NCBI GenBank assembly: GCA_963674945.2
Contig: CAXXWQ010000001.1
Location: 320,001-384,000 of the forward strand
DNA from: an uncultured Desulfosarcina sp.
GTDB lineage: Bacteria > Desulfobacterota > Desulfobacteria > Desulfobacterales > Desulfosarcinaceae
Direction of reading: 5' to 3'
DNA: 64,000 nt
A model generated the notes under the pieces. That model was not told the origin of the DNA. It saw only the letters and a list, made by a program, of their open reading frames with translations, and searched no databases. Shown here piece after piece: positions 14,469-24,009 of this stretch. Every line of letters starts with the position of its first letter. Position 1 is the first letter of the stretch. The position numbers were made by a program, and so were the translations under genes.

Positions 14469-15158
14469 TTATTCGGCCAGTTTGCCCGCCATGGAAAGAT
14501 CCGAAAGCCCCTCCATTTCCAACAGGTAGATTTCCCTTCCGTCGACCCGGATCAGGCCCTGGGAGGACATCTTGGCGAAGATGCGGGACAGCGTCTCCGG
14601 TATGGTCCCAAGAAGGCTGGCCAACTGTCCCTTTGAAATGGTCAGAATCACCCGGTCCGAGCGCTTTTGCTCTTCGGCCAGGAGGATGAGGTAGGCTGCC
14701 AGTCGGCTGGGAACCTCCTTGAGGGAGAGGTTTTCGATCTGGATGGTGAACTGTCGAAGCCGCATGGACAACTCCCCCAGCATGTTCATGGAGAGGGACG
14801 GCTGTCTTGCAATCAAGTCTACGAAGGCCGCACGGGGCAGAAAGAGGATGAGACTATTGGACAGGGCCTGGGCATTTGCCGGAAACCGGGTCCCGGAGAA
14901 GACCGGCACCTCGCCGAAGGGGTTGCCCGGACCGTAGATGTGAAGAATCTGCTCTTTTCCCTCGAAGGATGTCTTGAAGATTTTCACCTGTCCCTCGCAA
15001 ACGATATAAAAACCGTCTGCTTCGTCTCCCTCCATGAAGATGGACTCTCCTCGTTTGAATGTCCGCTTTTTGGCGATGGCACCGATTTCATCCAATTCTT
15101 TTTGGGACAACCCCTTAAATAGAGGCGTGGCAGAGAGGGTTTCACGTATGTCCGTCAT
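14469..15158 (-). CDS. hcpR: Crp/Fnr-family regulator (HcpR-type)
   Basis: cNMP-binding domain ('FGEVPVF') plus C-terminal HTH ('LASLLGTIPETLSR'); divergent from hcp. Confidence 0.85.
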   Translation of the reverse strand: MTDIRETLSATPLFKGLSQKELDEIGAIAKKRTFKRGESIFMEGDEADGFYIVCEGQVKIFKTSFEGKEQILHIYGPGNPFGEVPVFSGTRFPANAQALSNSLILFLPRAAFVDLIARQPSLSMNMLGELSMRLRQFTIQIENLSLKEVPSRLAAYLILLAEEQKRSDRVILTISKGQLASLLGTIPETLSRIFAKMSSQGLIRVDGREIYLLEMEGLSDLSMAGKLAE

Positions 15159-15207
15159 GGGGCATCAACCTTCCTGTTTGTATATTCACATAATTCTGCT
15201 TGGTTTT

Positions 15208-15221
15208 TTGACGCAAGTCAA
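15208..15221. promoter_or_regulatory. FNR-type palindrome TTGAC-N4-GTCAA (probable HcpR site 1)
   Basis: TTGACGCAAGTCAA between hcpR and hcp. Confidence 0.8.
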
Positions 15222-15306
15222 GGCGGCCGCAGCTGAACCGGTATATACCGTATCGTAAAGGGGCTTTGTAATCGGAAAGCCGCGATGACGAAAAAAAATG
15301 GCAAAG

Positions 15307-15320
15307 TTGACCCAAGTCAA
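15307..15320. promoter_or_regulatory. FNR-type palindrome TTGAC-N4-GTCAA (probable HcpR site 2)
   Basis: TTGACCCAAGTCAA, 99 bp from site 1; both followed by GGC. Confidence 0.8.
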
Positions 15321-15436
15321 GGCCAACCCAAAACAAAAAAGATAAAAGACAACCATAGACGGCAACCTAAGTTGAAAAAATTTGAAACGCTCCGTTTAGG
15401 GACAACCAGGAGACACCAAACCAAGGAGGAACGACC

Positions 15437-17065
15437 ATGTTTTGTTTTCAATGCGAACAGACGGCAAAAGGCGAAGGGTGCACCAAGATCGGCGTATGCG
15501 GCAAACAGCCGGATGTGGCGGCCCTTCAGGATCTTCTCATCTATTCGGTAAAAGGCATTGCACAGGTGGCGGTCCAAGGGGCCAAGGTCGATGTGAAGGA
15601 TGCTGCGGTCAACCAATTCACATGCGAGGCGATCTTCTCCACCTTGACCAACGTGGATTTCGATCCGGCGCGATTCGTTACCCTGATCAAGGAGGCGGCC
15701 TGCCATCGGGATGCCCTCAAGGCCAAGGTCGAGGCGGCAGGCGGCAACGTCGCCTTTTCCGATGGCCCGGCCACGTTCGTTCCCGCCGCCGATCAGGCCG
15801 GCATGGTGGCCCAGGGCGAAAAGGTCGGGATCAAGGCCGATGCGTCGGTAAACCCGGACATCCTCAGCCTTCGCGAGCTGATCGTCTACGGCATCAAGGG
15901 ATTGGCTGCCTATGCCGATCACGCCCGCATCCTGGGACAGGAAGACGACGCCATCTACGCCTATATCTATGAAGGCCTGGCGGCCACCCTGGACGACGGC
16001 CTCGGTGCCGACGATTACGTCGGGCTGGCCCTGAAATGCGGCGAGGTGAACCTTCGGGCCATGGAACTGCTGGATGCCGGCAACACCGGTACCTACGGCC
16101 ATCCCGTACCCACCGCCGTGCCCCTGGGCGCCAAAAAGGGCAAAGCGATCCTGGTTTCCGGCCACGACCTGAAGGACCTTGACATCATTTTGCAACAGAC
16201 CGAGGGAAAGGGCATCAATGTCTACACCCACGGCGAGATGCTGCCCTGTCACGGCTATCCGGAACTGAAGAAATACAGCCATTTTTACGGCCACTACGGA
16301 ACGGCCTGGCAGAATCAGGCCAAGGAGTTCGCCGCCTTTCCCGGCGCCATCGTCATGACCACCAATTGTATCCAGAAGCCCAGGGATTCTTATAAAGAGA
16401 ACATTTTTACAACCGGTTTGGTGGGGTGGCCCGGCGTGACCCACATCGGTGACAAGGACTTTACCCCGGCCATCGAAAAGGCCCACTCCATGCCCGGTTT
16501 CACCGAAGATGTTTCCGGAAAAGAGGTGATGGTGGGATTTGCCCGCAATGCGGTCATGGGGGTTGCCCCCACGGTCATCGAAGCGGTGAAAAACAAGGCC
16601 ATTCGCCACTTCTTCCTGGTGGGCGGTTGCGACGGCGCCAAACCGGGGCGGGACTACTACACGGAATTTGTGGAGAAGGTTCCCGAGGATTGCGTAGTCC
16701 TCACCCTGGCCTGTGGCAAGTTCCGCTTTTTCGATAAAGACATGGGGGATATCGGCGGCATTCCCCGCCTTTTGGACGTGGGCCAGTGCAACGACGCCCA
16801 TTCGGCCATCCAGATCGCCTTGGCCCTGGCCGGCGCCTTTGACTGCGGGGTCAACGATCTGCCCCTGTCCATGATTCTCTCCTGGTATGAGCAGAAGGCA
16901 TGCGTGATTCTGCTCTCCCTTTTGCACCTGGGAATCAAGGACATCCGGCTGGGACCCAGCCTGCCCGCCTTCATCACGCCAAACGTCCTGGACGTGCTTG
17001 TGAAAAAATTCAACATCATGCCCATCGGAACGCCGGAAGGGGATTTAGCGGCCATCCTGGACTAA
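15437..17065 (+). CDS. hcp: Hybrid cluster protein (hydroxylamine reductase)
   Basis: 'MFCFQCEQTAKGEGCTKIGVCGK', 'YTHGEMLP', 'GGCDG', 'GQCND', 'SWYEQKA'. Confidence 0.98.
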   Translation: MFCFQCEQTAKGEGCTKIGVCGKQPDVAALQDLLIYSVKGIAQVAVQGAKVDVKDAAVNQFTCEAIFSTLTNVDFDPARFVTLIKEAACHRDALKAKVEAAGGNVAFSDGPATFVPAADQAGMVAQGEKVGIKADASVNPDILSLRELIVYGIKGLAAYADHARILGQEDDAIYAYIYEGLAATLDDGLGADDYVGLALKCGEVNLRAMELLDAGNTGTYGHPVPTAVPLGAKKGKAILVSGHDLKDLDIILQQTEGKGINVYTHGEMLPCHGYPELKKYSHFYGHYGTAWQNQAKEFAAFPGAIVMTTNCIQKPRDSYKENIFTTGLVGWPGVTHIGDKDFTPAIEKAHSMPGFTEDVSGKEVMVGFARNAVMGVAPTVIEAVKNKAIRHFFLVGGCDGAKPGRDYYTEFVEKVPEDCVVLTLACGKFRFFDKDMGDIGGIPRLLDVGQCNDAHSAIQIALALAGAFDCGVNDLPLSMILSWYEQKACVILLSLLHLGIKDIRLGPSLPAFITPNVLDVLVKKFNIMPIGTPEGDLAAILD

Positions 17066-17165
17066 CCCTTTTCAAATGCCTTTGGGGACTTATGTTAAAA
17101 AGACGGCTGTCGGTTTTCTGGCAGCCGTCGACCCGAAACCCGAAACCTGAAACCGGAGGGCCGCC

Positions 17166-17891
17166 ATGAAATGCCCCGGACAAGATACCCTATACTGGAA
17201 GCCTGGTGCGATATACGAGGTGCCGTGTCCGAAATGCGGTGCGAGTGTGGAATTCTTCAAGGACGACACGTCCCGAAAATGTCCGAAATGTCAACACCGG
17301 TTCGTGAATCCGGACATGGATTTCGGCTGTGCCGCATACTGCCAGTATGCCGAGCAGTGCATCGGCACCCTGCCCGAGGAGTTCTTGCTCCAAAAGGAAG
17401 ATCTGCTCAAGGATCGGGTGGCCATCGAGATGAAGCGATACTTTAAGAGCGATTTCAAGCGTATCGGCCACGCCACCCGTGTGGCCCGGTACGCGGAGCG
17501 CATCGGCCGCGTCGAGGGCGGCAATCTATCGGTAATACTATGTGCCGCCTACCTTCACGATATCGGCATCGTGGAAGCAAAGAAGAAACACGGCAACAGC
17601 GAATCACGCTACCAGGAGCAGGAAGGGCCTGCCGTGGCCCGGCAGATTCTTGAGAAGTTAGGGGCCAAGACGCCACTGGTGGATGCGGTGTGCGACATCA
17701 TCGCCCACCACCATCATCCGAGAGAGGAGGAGACTATCGACTTCAAGGTCCTCTACGACGCGGATCAGATCGCCAACCTGGAGGACCGAAAGAAAAAAGA
17801 GACGCTTTTGGCCGATGCCCTGGAAGCCGCCATCAAAGAGAAGATGCTGACGGAAGGCGGACGGATGGAGGCCCGCAAGACCTTGCTTTGA
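17166..17891 (+). CDS. HD-domain phosphohydrolase with N-terminal Cys-rich zinc ribbon
   Basis: CPKC..CPKC..CAAYC N-terminus; 'YLHDIG' and 'YDAD' HD motifs. Confidence 0.85.
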   Translation: MKCPGQDTLYWKPGAIYEVPCPKCGASVEFFKDDTSRKCPKCQHRFVNPDMDFGCAAYCQYAEQCIGTLPEEFLLQKEDLLKDRVAIEMKRYFKSDFKRIGHATRVARYAERIGRVEGGNLSVILCAAYLHDIGIVEAKKKHGNSESRYQEQEGPAVARQILEKLGAKTPLVDAVCDIIAHHHHPREEETIDFKVLYDADQIANLEDRKKKETLLADALEAAIKEKMLTEGGRMEARKTLL

Positions 17892-17979
17892 AAATATAAT
17901 CGGTGCGATCAGTGCCGGACAGATCGTTTGGGTGCATTCGGTTTACCAACTCACCGGAGGCTGCCGTAAGGAGAAGACC

Positions 17980-18717
17980 ATGAAAGTGAAGCGAAAAATC
18001 ATCGAAATCGACGAAGAGCGTTGCGACGGATGCGGAAACTGCGCCATCGCCTGCGCTGAAGGGGCCCTTGCCATCATCGACGGCAAGGCCAGGGTGATTT
18101 CCGACAACCTTTGTGACGGCCTGGGTGCCTGCATCGGCGACTGCCCGCAAGATGCGCTTCATATTATCGAACGGGAGGCGGATGAGTTCGATGAAGAGGC
18201 GGTGGAAAAACACCTGGATACCGTAAAGAAACCACCGGAAGGCGAAACCATGGCATGCGGCTGTCCCTCCACACAGATCCAAAGCTTTGTTCCGATATCA
18301 GGATACCAGGGGGCCAACACGCCGAGAAGTCAGAAAACGGTCAAATCCACACTGGGCCACTGGCCCGTGCAGATCCGTTTGATTCCTCCCACGGCACCTT
18401 TTCTCAAGGGGGCCGATCTTTTGGTGGTGGCCGACTGTGTCCCCGTGGCCTTCCCCCGGCTGCACAGTGAGTTTTTAGAAGGCAGGACCGTCATGGTGGG
18501 GTGTCCCAAGTTCGACGACGCTCAGGAGTACATCGACAAATTCGCCGAGATTTTCAAGACGGCGGGCGTGAAAAGTGTCACCACAATGGTCATGGAGGTG
18601 CCCTGTTGCTCCGGGTTGCCCACGATCGTGAAAAAGGGCATGGAAGCAGCAGGCGTCAAGGTCCCCAGCCGGCAGATTACCATCGGCACCCGGGGAGAAA
18701 TCCTGGAAGAGCGGTAG
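17980..18717 (+). CDS. 4Fe-4S ferredoxin-domain protein (hcp-associated)
   Basis: CDGCGNC...C and CDGLGACIGDCP; 'HWPVQI', 'GCPKFDD', 'MEVPCC'. Confidence 0.88.
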   Translation: MKVKRKIIEIDEERCDGCGNCAIACAEGALAIIDGKARVISDNLCDGLGACIGDCPQDALHIIEREADEFDEEAVEKHLDTVKKPPEGETMACGCPSTQIQSFVPISGYQGANTPRSQKTVKSTLGHWPVQIRLIPPTAPFLKGADLLVVADCVPVAFPRLHSEFLEGRTVMVGCPKFDDAQEYIDKFAEIFKTAGVKSVTTMVMEVPCCSGLPTIVKKGMEAAGVKVPSRQITIGTRGEILEER

Positions 18718-18733
18718 CCTTATCGCTACTTGA

Positions 18734-19804
18734 TCAATTTTGAAGATTGCGGAATCGATCCCCATTCTTTCGTATGGGAGCAAGAGAGAACAACTTTCCC
18801 TCTTCGGCGGATCGATTCCGGATCTTTTTCCGAATCCGACCGATCGGTCTTTCCACCAGCCAGCAGATCAATAGGGACAGAAAAACGGAAAGTGCCGTCA
18901 CCGTTCCGAGCGTTATCCATCCTAACCTGGGAACACCGAACCACTTCATGGCAAAATATACCGCATACAAATGGGTTAAAAACAATGGATAACTCAGATC
19001 TCCGGCGATGCTGGCAAGATTTGACGGTTGATCGCTCGCAAGAAAAATCTGAAATGACAAAAAGAGAAAAATCACGCTGCCCATGAGAATTGAGAAGGCG
19101 GGTAGCGTATTTATTGTAAATACATTGGCTTTCAACAATACAGGCGCCACGAACATCATGAAGACCAATGCCAGCAAAGATAATAACTGAATGGACTTCG
19201 GTGGTTTCATTTCAAAGTGATAGGCCAGTGCACCGAGGCAGAACGGAAATGCCGCGCATGAACCGTAAATCGGCTTGTGGAAACCGAAAAAAATAACAAA
19301 TGGGGAGAGCAAGCCGGTGAAAAGAAGAGTAACTATCAATGGCCTGGGAAGAAAACGTCCCACGAAAAGGACCAGATACCAGTTCAATTCGACTTCAAGT
19401 GATCTGGCCACCGGCACGACGAGTGGTTTTGTCACTTGAACGACATTCGATACAAAAGGAGGGGAAAGGATGAAAACGGTCCTCAGCCAGCTTCCCAAAC
19501 TCGCCGGCATTTTACTGTGTCTATAGACTTGCAGGATTCCAGGATAATCCAATGCAATCAGTGCCAGGCCAATGATCAGGGCCGCCCAGTAGGCGGGGAA
19601 AATACGCAAAAAGCGATTTACGACAAAATCACCGGGGCGTTTTGCATAGTTTTCGTAAAGGATATTGGAAATAAGAAACCCGCTGATAAAAAAGAAACAC
19701 CACACTGCCACAGGGCCGGCCATGGGTATAACGTGAATGTTCGTGTGAAAGGCCAAAACCGACCATGCCAGGAAAAATCGCAAATAATGTAAGCGGGAAT
19801 ACAT
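18734..19804 (-). CDS. Acyltransferase-3 (OafA-like) membrane O-acyltransferase
   Basis: 'LRFFLAWSVLAFH', 'FFFISGFLI', 'RFLRIFP', 'GDLSYPLFLTH', 'VERP'. Confidence 0.85.
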   Translation of the reverse strand: MYSRLHYLRFFLAWSVLAFHTNIHVIPMAGPVAVWCFFFISGFLISNILYENYAKRPGDFVVNRFLRIFPAYWAALIIGLALIALDYPGILQVYRHSKMPASLGSWLRTVFILSPPFVSNVVQVTKPLVVPVARSLEVELNWYLVLFVGRFLPRPLIVTLLFTGLLSPFVIFFGFHKPIYGSCAAFPFCLGALAYHFEMKPPKSIQLLSLLALVFMMFVAPVLLKANVFTINTLPAFSILMGSVIFLFLSFQIFLASDQPSNLASIAGDLSYPLFLTHLYAVYFAMKWFGVPRLGWITLGTVTALSVFLSLLICWLVERPIGRIRKKIRNRSAEEGKLFSLAPIRKNGDRFRNLQN

Positions 19805-19858
19805 TTGGGGCCCCTCAACGCGTTTTCGAACAGCGAACCATCACAATTTTATTTCCGT

Positions 19859-20002
19859 TCCGGCGCATCCTTTGATTCGTTGTATTCAAACCGGGTGCTG
19901 TGCACCCGGAGCCAACCCGAACGATACAACACTGAAGTGCTTCCGGATATGCGGCCCATGGGTCGCATATCCAGGCCACCCGCTTTACGGGTAGTCGTTG
20001 AC
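19859..20002 (-). other. Highly structured intergenic element starting with an IS200/IS605-end-like hairpin
   Basis: Minus strand GTCAACGACTACCCG-TAAAG-CGGGTGG followed by stems GGATATGCG/CGCATATCC, GTTGTAT/ATACAAC, CCGGGTGC/GCACCCGG. Confidence 0.45.
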
Positions 20003-20290
20003 TTCATCTTACGCTTGTAAGGGGAGGATGTTTACTCCATTAGCAGAATAACATTGGGTTAACAATATCGTTATTCGCACTGCAACGATATTGACGGTTC
20101 CAAAAAAATCATTTATTCGCCTCCGCCCATGTGGCAGGTACACATGGTGGCTTCTTGGAGAAATTCGGGAAGATCAATAACGCTATGAATGCAGAATAAA
20201 AAGCGCTTCTCTGCCATACCGGCCATAGAAGCGCTTTGCATTATTCATCTAAACAACACCGGCCCTCTGGGCTCGGCTTTTTACTATTTC

Positions 20291-21946
20291 CCTGTTTCCG
20301 TGGCACAAAACCTGATTAAAACACTATAACCAATTGATAAAACATATATATTATGGTAATATTAGGGCACTAAACGCTCACTTCGGAGGTGAAATCAATG
20401 CGGCGTCCGATCACCATAAAACACGAGATGGAAAAACTTGCCAGTCATAGCGGATTGATCAATATCGGCGCATTACTTGATGCGATAAATTTCAGGTTCC
20501 GTTTCGAAAAGATCAACGGCGTCCATTGTGTAGACCCGAAAATTTCTCATGGTGACATTTTAGCTTCGATGATTGCTCTCATGAGTATTGGTAAACCTGA
20601 TTACGATGCGATCGAGATTTTTCGTGAGAAGCAAGAATTTTTCAACAAGGCCATTGGCAATCGTGCATGCCCGTCAAGCCCGACATTGCGTCAGCGAATC
20701 GATTTGATCGGCAACCAAGCCGATAAGCTGATTAAGGATGCAGGCGTTGATTTGGTTCGATCCTGCGCTCCGGCGATTTCACCCATCCAAACCAGTGCGG
20801 GTGATTTCCTTCCTTTGGATATGGATGTGAGTCCGTTTGACAACTCAAAGACTCAAAAGGAAGGCGTTTCCAGAACCTACAAAGGCACGGATGGCTTCGC
20901 TCCGATCTTTGCCTACCTGGGCACCGAGGGGTATCTGGTGAATCTTGAGTTCAGAGAAGGAAAACAACACTGCCAGAAAAACACCCCCGAATTTATCAAC
21001 GCCACCTTGGATTATGCCAGGCAAATTACCGATCAGCCTATTTTGATGAGGTTGGATTCAGGAAACGACAGTCAAGACAACTTTCCTGACGATTCACGAA
21101 AGAATGTCCACTTTATCATCAAACGCAATTTGCGTAGAGAATCTGTTCAAAAGTGGGTTGATCTGGCAAAAAAATCCGGCAAGCAACAGCATTGCCGCTC
21201 AGGAAAATGTGTATGGATCGGAAAGACGATTGAAGACATCAACGGCAATCCATTGCGCTACCCAATCATCTTTGAGGTTACCGAAAGGCATACCAAAAAG
21301 GGCCAAGTACTGCTGTTCCCCGAGTATCAGATCGATACCTATTGGTGCAGCCTCGCACAGTTGCCACCGGATGAGGTGATTCGACTTTATCACGATCACG
21401 GTACCAGCGAGCAGTTTCACTCCGAACTCAAATCCGACATGGGCCTGGAGCGCTTGCCGAGCGGTCATTTTTCCACCAATAGCTTGATTCTTCATTTGGC
21501 GATGCTGACGTACAACATGCTACGGATTATCGGACAAATCAGCATCGAAGAGAGTGATCCGACTGAATTGCCCGGTATACGCCGGAAGAAAGTTACCCGG
21601 CGTCGAATCCGGACAGTCATGCAGGACTTGATGTATATGGCCGGTCGATTAGTAACCAGAAGTAGAAAATGGTACATATCCTTTGGCCAACTCAATCCAT
21701 TTTCCAAACTGATGGATCGGATTTATCTTCGTCTGAATTTGCTTTCCGCTATGAAGTAGCTATAATTTTTAAAAGAACAATTTTACAGGCATTTGCTTGG
21801 TGATTTGCTATGGCTAAAGAATGAGAAACAGGAGCAAAATTCCTTCGAAATTTGAAAATAGTGAGAAAAATTATCAACAAATGATGGTGTGTGAGGCAAT
21901 CGCCCCGCGCCAATCCTAACAGCAAAAATTAGGCCACTGATTCAGG
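20291..21946 (+). mobile_element. IS1380-family insertion sequence, copy 1 (1656 bp)
   Basis: Imperfect TIRs CCTGTTTCCGTGGC/CCTGAATCAGTGGC; flanking direct repeat TATTTC; same length and translation as copy 2. Confidence 0.93.
20389..21759 (+). CDS. IS1380-family DDE transposase
   Basis: 'LDMDVSPFDNS', 'RLDSGND', 'YHDHGTSEQFHSELKSD'. Confidence 0.93.
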   Translation: MKSMRRPITIKHEMEKLASHSGLINIGALLDAINFRFRFEKINGVHCVDPKISHGDILASMIALMSIGKPDYDAIEIFREKQEFFNKAIGNRACPSSPTLRQRIDLIGNQADKLIKDAGVDLVRSCAPAISPIQTSAGDFLPLDMDVSPFDNSKTQKEGVSRTYKGTDGFAPIFAYLGTEGYLVNLEFREGKQHCQKNTPEFINATLDYARQITDQPILMRLDSGNDSQDNFPDDSRKNVHFIIKRNLRRESVQKWVDLAKKSGKQQHCRSGKCVWIGKTIEDINGNPLRYPIIFEVTERHTKKGQVLLFPEYQIDTYWCSLAQLPPDEVIRLYHDHGTSEQFHSELKSDMGLERLPSGHFSTNSLILHLAMLTYNMLRIIGQISIEESDPTELPGIRRKKVTRRRIRTVMQDLMYMAGRLVTRSRKWYISFGQLNPFSKLMDRIYLRLNLLSAMK

Positions 21947-22521
21947 TATTTCGCCTTGAAATTGAATTTCTGGCCACCGATGGCCGCCTCGTACATCAAC
22001 CCCCCCTTGGCATGGACGAAAACGGCCATGCCCTTGTGATAGCCGGATTTCACCTGTTTCCCGGTGGCCGGTCCAGCGCTGGCACCGGCCGTGGTCCCCT
22101 CGGTGCCTGCCTTGGCTTGAACCCCGGCCGTGATGGCCACTGCCGAGGCCGTGGCATCGAATTCGAATTCACCACTGGTGAATTCCTCATAGGCCCGCTT
22201 GTCCTGAAAAAAGATCATTTCGCTAAAGGCCTGACCGCCCAGTTGGAAACCTACGGTCACCTTTACCAAGGAGGTTTCTCCCGTGACCACGCCACCCTTA
22301 TAAACCTGTCCCGTGCCATAGGATCCCCCGATACCGATACCGGCTTTTCCGATGGTGGGGAAAACGGCATATCCATAGGCGTTTTTAAAAAAGGGCTGAA
22401 CCGCCGGGGACTTCTTAAATACGGCGATTGTGTTTTCAAATTTGTCAGCCTGTGCAGACACCGATAGGAACAGGGCAATCAAAATGGTTTGTATGAAAAT
22501 AGAAACGCGAACGATTTTCAT
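21916..22521 (-). CDS. Ysc84/SYLF-like lipid-binding domain exported protein (C-terminus extended by IS)
   Basis: 'AYGYAVFPTIGKAG', 'GFQLGGQ', 'GLMYEAAIGGQKF'. Confidence 0.85.
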   Translation of the reverse strand: MKIVRVSIFIQTILIALFLSVSAQADKFENTIAVFKKSPAVQPFFKNAYGYAVFPTIGKAGIGIGGSYGTGQVYKGGVVTGETSLVKVTVGFQLGGQAFSEMIFFQDKRAYEEFTSGEFEFDATASAVAITAGVQAKAGTEGTTAGASAGPATGKQVKSGYHKGMAVFVHAKGGLMYEAAIGGQKFNFKAKYLNQWPNFCC

Positions 22522-22562
22522 TTCTCCTGTTCTCCTCATTGAAGAAGCGTTTTCGGACACGA

Positions 22563-23666
22563 CTATATACCGCCCACGGCGATTTCAACCCGGCGATTTC
22601 GCTGTCTGCCCTCACTGGTGGCATTGTCGGCCACGGGATTTTGACTTCCGAACCAAAGAAGCACGATCCGGTCCTCATCGATACTGAAATTTCTCACCAG
22701 GTAGTCCCTCACTCTCCGGGCACGAATTTTTGAGAGCGCAAGATTGTACTCGGGGTCGCCGGCGCTGTCGGAAAATCCGGCCGCGACTACATAGGTCTCC
22801 GGATTATCCTTCATATAATTGCCGATTTTATCCAACTGGTCGTTGTACCTTTCGGGAATGGCAAAGCTATCAAAATCGAACAATATATCATCGGCAATGG
22901 CTCCGACAACTTTGGTGGTTGGTCTCAACCGCGCGTAACTGGTGGTGCGAACCGTGAACAGGGCGCCACCCAGGTAATGGGGGTTGTCCAAGAAGCGATG
23001 CAGGGGGATAACGCGGGAACAGGCGTTTACCGAAGATATGGCTTCCAGGAGTTTTTCCTGCGTATCCTCCGTGGCACTGCTGATCAGGTAGAAGCAGACA
23101 TCGTTGTCCTCGGCGATTTCCCTTGCGATCTCAACGGGTTTTTTCGGGCCGCGGGTGTCGGACGTTCTGCCATCCGTGAACATGATCACCGCCGTTCTCC
23201 CCGACAGGCCGGCGACGACCTTTCGAAGGGCGCTGAGTCCGGGGCGCAACATGGCCGGTCCCTCTCCTTTGTCCGGCAAGGCATTGATGGCGGCACCAAA
23301 ATTTGCACGATCATAGGGCTGCATGCCGTAGAGTTCATGAAAGGAGCCGGCCAGTGTCTTATTGTCGGTGTAAATGTAAAGGCCTGCATTGTATCCCAGT
23401 TCCGGAAGCCATGAATTTCGCATCTTCAGAAACTCTTTTGTGGCCTGGATCTTAGAAACGGTTCTGCCCGGTACCATGTCATTGGCGGTTCCGGATGTGT
23501 CGAACAGGACGATGAAATTGTCCACGGTTCGAATCAAATCGGTTTCGGTGACAATTTCCTTTTCCATCATTTCGCGGGTTACGAGCTCGAAAGCCTGTAC
23601 AAAACTGGACGAAAAGATGGTTACGACAAAGGTTAAGACCAAGACGGCAACATTTGACTTTTTCAT
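22563..23666 (-). CDS. vWA plus OmpA-like peptidoglycan-binding protein
   Basis: MIDAS-like 'LFDTSGT' and 'FTDG'; OmpA C-terminus 'YNLALSKIRA...NRRVEI'. Confidence 0.88.
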   Translation of the reverse strand: MKKSNVAVLVLTFVVTIFSSSFVQAFELVTREMMEKEIVTETDLIRTVDNFIVLFDTSGTANDMVPGRTVSKIQATKEFLKMRNSWLPELGYNAGLYIYTDNKTLAGSFHELYGMQPYDRANFGAAINALPDKGEGPAMLRPGLSALRKVVAGLSGRTAVIMFTDGRTSDTRGPKKPVEIAREIAEDNDVCFYLISSATEDTQEKLLEAISSVNACSRVIPLHRFLDNPHYLGGALFTVRTTSYARLRPTTKVVGAIADDILFDFDSFAIPERYNDQLDKIGNYMKDNPETYVVAAGFSDSAGDPEYNLALSKIRARRVRDYLVRNFSIDEDRIVLLWFGSQNPVADNATSEGRQRNRRVEIAVGGI

Positions 23667-24009
23667 TGTTTTTTCCCCCTTGTTTTGGATTCATGTCTCG
23701 AATGAACGCTTACAAATCCTTTGGTACACGAAAAGGTGATTTGGGCGACGGCAGATACCCCGTATCGCCCGTTTCTGAAAATTACGGGTGTGCCAAGAAC
23801 TTTCTCTCGAAACAAAAGAGAACCGATCTTCGATTTTATATTGGAGCCGATGGAAAACGGAAAAATTGTGAGTGCTGTTATTTAGGGTAAGCGCTGCAGG
23901 TCAGGAAATGGACTTTGTTCTTACAGGTAAGAAGTACAATCAAACAGTTCACAATTGATAAAATTATAACACCGGTTGGCCAAAAGGCAACAGCAATTAC
24001 GTTATTTTT

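Noticed and set aside
15317..16927. 536-aa antisense ORF over hcp, and similar long antisense ORFs over pyrG, eno, MCP and ABC genes
   Set aside because: Shadow frames of GC-rich coding sequence, with no recognisable motifs
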